From an uncultured Actinomycetota bacterium (GTDB lineage Bacteria; Actinomycetota; Actinomycetes; JAHEKZ01): a stretch of 64,000 bases of DNA. Of this stretch, positions 60,109 through 64,000 are shown piece by piece; position 1 is the first letter of the stretch, and every line of letters starts with the position of its first letter. The notes under the pieces were generated by a model. That model ran no database searches. It saw only the letters and a list, made by a program, of their open reading frames with translations, and was not told the origin of the DNA. Both the position numbers and the translations under genes were made by a program. The DNA lies in NCBI GenBank assembly GCA_963829525.1, contig CAWHIJ010000003.1:480001-544000 (forward strand). Reading direction: 5' to 3'.

Positions 60109-60930
60109 ATGACCGAGGTCTCCCGAGGTGGCCGACTCGCCCAACTTGTCGACTCCGATCGCTTCAACGGAGCCATTGCCGCGGTGATCGTGGCCAACGC
60201 TGTGGTACTGGGGCTGGAGACCTACCCGGCTGTTACCCGGGACCACGGATCGATGTTGATGTTTCTCAACGGTCTCTTCTACAGTGTCTTCGCTCTTGAG
60301 CTAGTCCTCAGAATCGCTTCATACGGTCGAAGGCCACAGGACTTCTTCCGCAGTGGCTGGAACATCTTCGACCTCGTCATCATCGGGTCGGTCGCGATCC
60401 CGGCCGTGCGCGAGCAGACGCAGCTGCTTCGGCTGCTTCGGCTGGCCCGCATCGTGCGCCTTGTGCGATTCCTGCCGGATGCTCGAATCCTGATCCTGAC
60501 GGTTCTTAAGTCGATTCCGTCGGTCTTCAGCATGGTGGTCCTGACCCTTGTGCTGATGTTTGTGTACGGCATGGTCGGCTGGTCCCTCTACGGTGAGGCG
60601 CTCCCAGAGACCTGGGGGACGATCGGTCAATCGATGCTCACCCTGTTCATCTTGCTGACGTTGGAGAACTTCCCGACCTACCTCGCCGAGGCAGAGCAGG
60701 TGAGCCCCTTTGCGCCGGCCTTCTTCGTCTCGTACGTGTTGCTTGCCGCCTTCATCGTCTTCAATCTGCTGATCGGGATCGTCATCGCGTCCATGGAGAA
60801 GGCTCGCCGACACGAGGCGGGTGATGGCGTCCCCGTGTCCGATGATCTTCTTCTGGAACGGATTGCTGACCTCCGGATGTCACTGAGCAAACTCGAATCC
60901 GACCTCACGCAGCGAGGGACCGGGCATTGA
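60109..60930 (+). CDS. Ion_trans family voltage-gated cation channel (BacNav-like)
   Basis: WNIFD, S4 LLRLLRLARIVRLVR, pore LTLENFP, FNLLIGIVI, C-terminal coiled coil. Confidence 0.9.
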   Translation: MTEVSRGGRLAQLVDSDRFNGAIAAVIVANAVVLGLETYPAVTRDHGSMLMFLNGLFYSVFALELVLRIASYGRRPQDFFRSGWNIFDLVIIGSVAIPAVREQTQLLRLLRLARIVRLVRFLPDARILILTVLKSIPSVFSMVVLTLVLMFVYGMVGWSLYGEALPETWGTIGQSMLTLFILLTLENFPTYLAEAEQVSPFAPAFFVSYVLLAAFIVFNLLIGIVIASMEKARRHEAGDGVPVSDDLLLERIADLRMSLSKLESDLTQRGTGH

Positions 60931-60972
60931 TCTGACGATCGCCGGCTGCGGATGCTCCCCCAAGGACGGCGT

Positions 60973-62452
60973 CTAGGGTGTCACCTTGGTGTAGACGACA
61001 TCGGAGGTGTTTCTCGCAGAGCCGGTCCGCGTAAAGAGCAGGCCGAAGTCGTTGCCGGCCGTTGCGATCCCCTGGTAGTCACCGAGGAAGTACCCGCGGG
61101 CAATGGGTGCGTTCTCCATGTCGAACGGCCCCTCGACGTGTGTCTCGGTCCAGTTGCCGGGCGAGGTGCAGTCCGAACTGGAGGCGCATGACGTGAACCA
61201 GTAGTCGGTAGGCAGGCCCGCTGCGGCGTCGTTGTTTCGGAAGTCGTAGTAGGCGACGCCGACGGTGCCATCTTGGGCGACAGCGACGCTCGGTGTGAAG
61301 GCGCTGACGTTGGTTGGGGCATTGTCGATCTTTGTCGGGCGCGCTCCAGGTACGGCCGCCGTCCGTCGACTGCGAGAACGCAACGTGGGAGTAGGCACCG
61401 TTCGCAAATCGGCCGTCCTGCCATACCGCATACAGGTTTCCAGTCGTACGGTCCACAGCAACCTCCGGAATGATGTCTCCGGTGCGTACGGCAGCGCCAG
61501 TGTCGGGGTCTGTCACCTGGACGAACTGCAGGTTGGAGACGATGGTGGCCTTGCTGTCCCAGGTAACGCCCTTGTCGGCGGATCGGATCACCGCGACGTT
61601 GTAGCCGCGGATCTTTCCCTTGTTGTCATTGCGGATCAGGTTGAACAGGTCGACCAGTGTGCCGTTGGGAAGCACCACGATCTGGTTCCCGATCGTCTGG
61701 TTGTGCGTTCCGAGGTTGTAGATGATTCGCGCAGGCTCCCAGGTGTCGCCACCATCGACGGTCCGGGCCAGCAGCGTCGGTCCCCGGTAGCCAGAGGTGT
61801 TCTCCGAGCTCTTCAGCGAGCCCTTGCCTGGGGGTGAGTCGAGCCGGTCCCAGATTGCGTAGACGTAGTTGGAGTCGTAAGGGTCGGCGGTGATGCTGTT
61901 CTTGTCGTTGAAGAGGGACGTGTCGGTGTCGTAAGCGATGAAGGTCGGGCTTCCCCAGATGAGGCCGCCATTGGTTGATCGGCTCACTGACATGCCGGTC
62001 GGAGTGTTCCCGCCGGTTGGCACCTTGGTCTCCACCAATGACATCTGGTAGAGCGTTCCGTTGGGGGAGAAGGTCAACCACGGGTCGCTGGCGCGGGAGA
62101 AGTCAGTGCCGCCGGAACAATAGGTGAGGCCGGGAATCGCTCCGGTCGTGAAGGTTGCCCCACCGTTGAAGCTGGCGCCGAATCCCGAGCCAACAGCCGC
62201 TCCACTCGACCAGCGGTCCTGCTGCCAGCTTCCGACGACGTTGTTTGAGTTGGTGGGGTTGATCGCCAGGGAGGGCTCAAGCTCGGTGTTCAGGAACTTG
62301 GACCCAGGGCCGGTGTCGGTGATGGTGCATCCGGCAAGCGGACTGACGCTTGGGCTGGCCGGAACTACCGTCCCGGGTGTGTAGGCAGCTGCTGCGGCGA
62401 CGCCCATCCCCATGAGCGGCAAGGTGGCGACAACGACGAGAACGCGGCGCAT
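60973..62452 (-). pseudogene. Secreted Asp-box (BNR) sialidase-like beta-propeller with a +1 frameshift near 61338
   Basis: Signal peptide and repeats SFNGGATF, STNGGLIW, TVDGGDTW, SADKGVTW, STDGGRTW. Continues in another frame (TKIDNAP...FLGDYQGI). Confidence 0.82.
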
Positions 62453-62716
62453 GAGTACTCCCTGAACGAGATGCCTGCGGTGCACGAGGGCTCACCAGCG
62501 AACCACTCGTGGCGTTTGTCGGACTCGGTTTAGCACACTTGAAATGGAGCCACGAGGGTCTTGCATCAACTGTGACTCCGGGTGATCGCTTGATAACCGC
62601 AGCGAGCGTCCGGGTTGTGCCGATATTCGGCGCCGCGCCGCCAGCGGGCTCAAGAAGTTCCTGTACAACCGTTCAGGCCTCGGGCTAGGTTCCAGGCGTC
62701 GACGAAGGGACCCCCC

Positions 62717-64000
62717 ATGAGCTACTCGCGGCGTTACCCACTCATTGCACTCGCGGTCGCCCTGCTTGTCGTGGCGACCTGGATCGTTCTCTCCCGGCCC
62801 TTCTCCGACGAAGGGTCCTCAGCTGCAGTTTCTGCGCTCACGTCGGGAGAGGACCCGGGCGAGCAGGGCGTTGGTGATGCCGAGTTCGAGCGAGGGATGG
62901 CCCGTCAAGAAGCCTCCCAGTCGGTGCCCCTGCGAACGGCGCCCGTCCAGGCCAGTCCTGCGAGCGGATGGGCCGGTTCAACGCGATTTAGCGCGACCGG
63001 CAACGATTGGGAGCCGGCGGTAGCAGCTGCGCCGAACTCGGGCTCGGTGTACGTACTCACCACCCGTTACGGCGGCGCCAAGGCGTGCCGGAGCGCTTGC
63101 CCAGACCCCGCTCTGATCCTTCGGGTCAGCAGCGACTACGGCAAGACATTTGGTTCGGAGTCTTACCTGTGCGCATGCAAGAACGTGAAGGCGCAGAATG
63201 ACCCTGAGATGGTGGTGCTTCCAAATGGGACGGTCTATGCCGCGTGGATGAATGACTGGCGCATCGTCTTCGCGAAGTCAACGGACAAGGGCAAGACCTG
63301 GTCTGCCCCGGTTTCTGTCGTAGGCAATCTCTCCTGGTCGGACAAGCCGATCATGGTCGCGTCGCCGACGGGACAGGACGTGTACATCGCCTTCAACAAG
63401 AGCGATGCCTATGTGGCGGTCTCCCACGACTTCGGGGTGACGTGGACGCAGCAGCTCTCCCAAGCCAATGGCCAGTACCACTTTGCCAACGGCGGTGTGG
63501 TGCTCCCGAACGGTGGTATTGCGTTCGGCGAGGTGGCCTACGCGCAGGATTCGACGGGCCCGTCGACAGTGCAGGTGCACCGGTCAACCGATGGCGGAGT
63601 CACTTGGTCGGTGACCAACGTCGACACGATGCAAGAGATGCCTCATTGCACCTCGGCCGGCTGCGGGATCGACTACTACGGGCCACAAGCTGCGCTCGCT
63701 GCAGACAGCAGTGGTCAGTTGATGATCGCCTACAACGGGAACAGCAGCGCTCTAGCCCCGCAAAGGATGTACACCAGGACATCGACCAATGGTGGGAGTA
63801 CCTGGTCGGCGCGTACCGACGTCACCGGCGTGGCTGGAGCAGGCTCGGGAACCGCTGGGGCAGCGTTCCCTGCAGCTGCGGCGGGAGGAGCCGGAGACTT
63901 CCGGCTGTACTTCATGGATGACCGCAACGGAGCTGCGTCCTGGAACGTGTGGTTCGTCAAAAGCACGAATGGTGGTGGCACTTGGTCGACGCCAGCGCTT
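62717..64000 (+). CDS. Secreted/anchored Asp-box (BNR) sialidase-like protein, runs off the window end (absent from the ORF track)
   Basis: Hand translation from ATG 62717 stays open: N-terminal TM, DWEPAV, SSDYGKTF, STDKGKTW, SHDFGVTW, STDGGVTW, STNGGSTW, STNGGGTW. Confidence 0.85.
   Translation, partial: MSYSRRYPLIALAVALLVVATWIVLSRPFSDEGSSAAVSALTSGEDPGEQGVGDAEFERGMARQEASQSVPLRTAPVQASPASGWAGSTRFSATGNDWEPAVAAAPNSGSVYVLTTRYGGAKACRSACPDPALILRVSSDYGKTFGSESYLCACKNVKAQNDPEMVVLPNGTVYAAWMNDWRIVFAKSTDKGKTWSAPVSVVGNLSWSDKPIMVASPTGQDVYIAFNKSDAYVAVSHDFGVTWTQQLSQANGQYHFANGGVVLPNGGIAFGEVAYAQDSTGPSTVQVHRSTDGGVTWSVTNVDTMQEMPHCTSAGCGIDYYGPQAALAADSSGQLMIAYNGNSSALAPQRMYTRTSTNGGSTWSARTDVTGVAGAGSGTAGAAFPAAAAGGAGDFRLYFMDDRNGAASWNVWFVKSTNGGGTWSTPAL

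Overview
High-GC actinomycete chromosome, mostly conserved core: dnaX(3' part)-ybaB-recR, ask-asd, tRNA-Pro, ponA2-whiB4-ArsA pair-ridA, crp-nth-tlpA-marP, nhaA-acs, HAD-6C RNA-ssd-Tad pilus, DUF1998 helicase, hppA, topA-tmk-holB and tRNA-Thr. The main accessory feature is an ~11.6 kb integrative mobilisable element inserted in the 3' end of tRNA-Pro(CGG). It is bounded by a 25-bp direct repeat (6523-6547 / 18130-18154) and carries a MobF relaxase-helicase, an excisionase and a tyrosine integrase. Its cargo arm is divided by two diverged ~310-bp non-coding repeats built like integrase att arms. The first abuts a 12-bp copy of the anticodon arm of this window's tRNA-Thr(CGT). The second cuts off a protein made of seven tandem Cys3His zinc-finger-like repeats. 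Together this suggests a nested cassette-capture system (inference). Other points: a DUF222-HNH gene with a PafBC-like promoter and a 32-bp tandem repeat, an RsiG-like protein with one intact c-di-GMP motif, a candidate Na+/Li+ riboswitch before nhaA, a yybP-ykoY-like riboswitch before a voltage-gated-channel homologue, an empty Ms1 synteny slot, and three single-base frameshifts that may be assembly errors. All family calls come from motif recognition by eye; no database searches were run.
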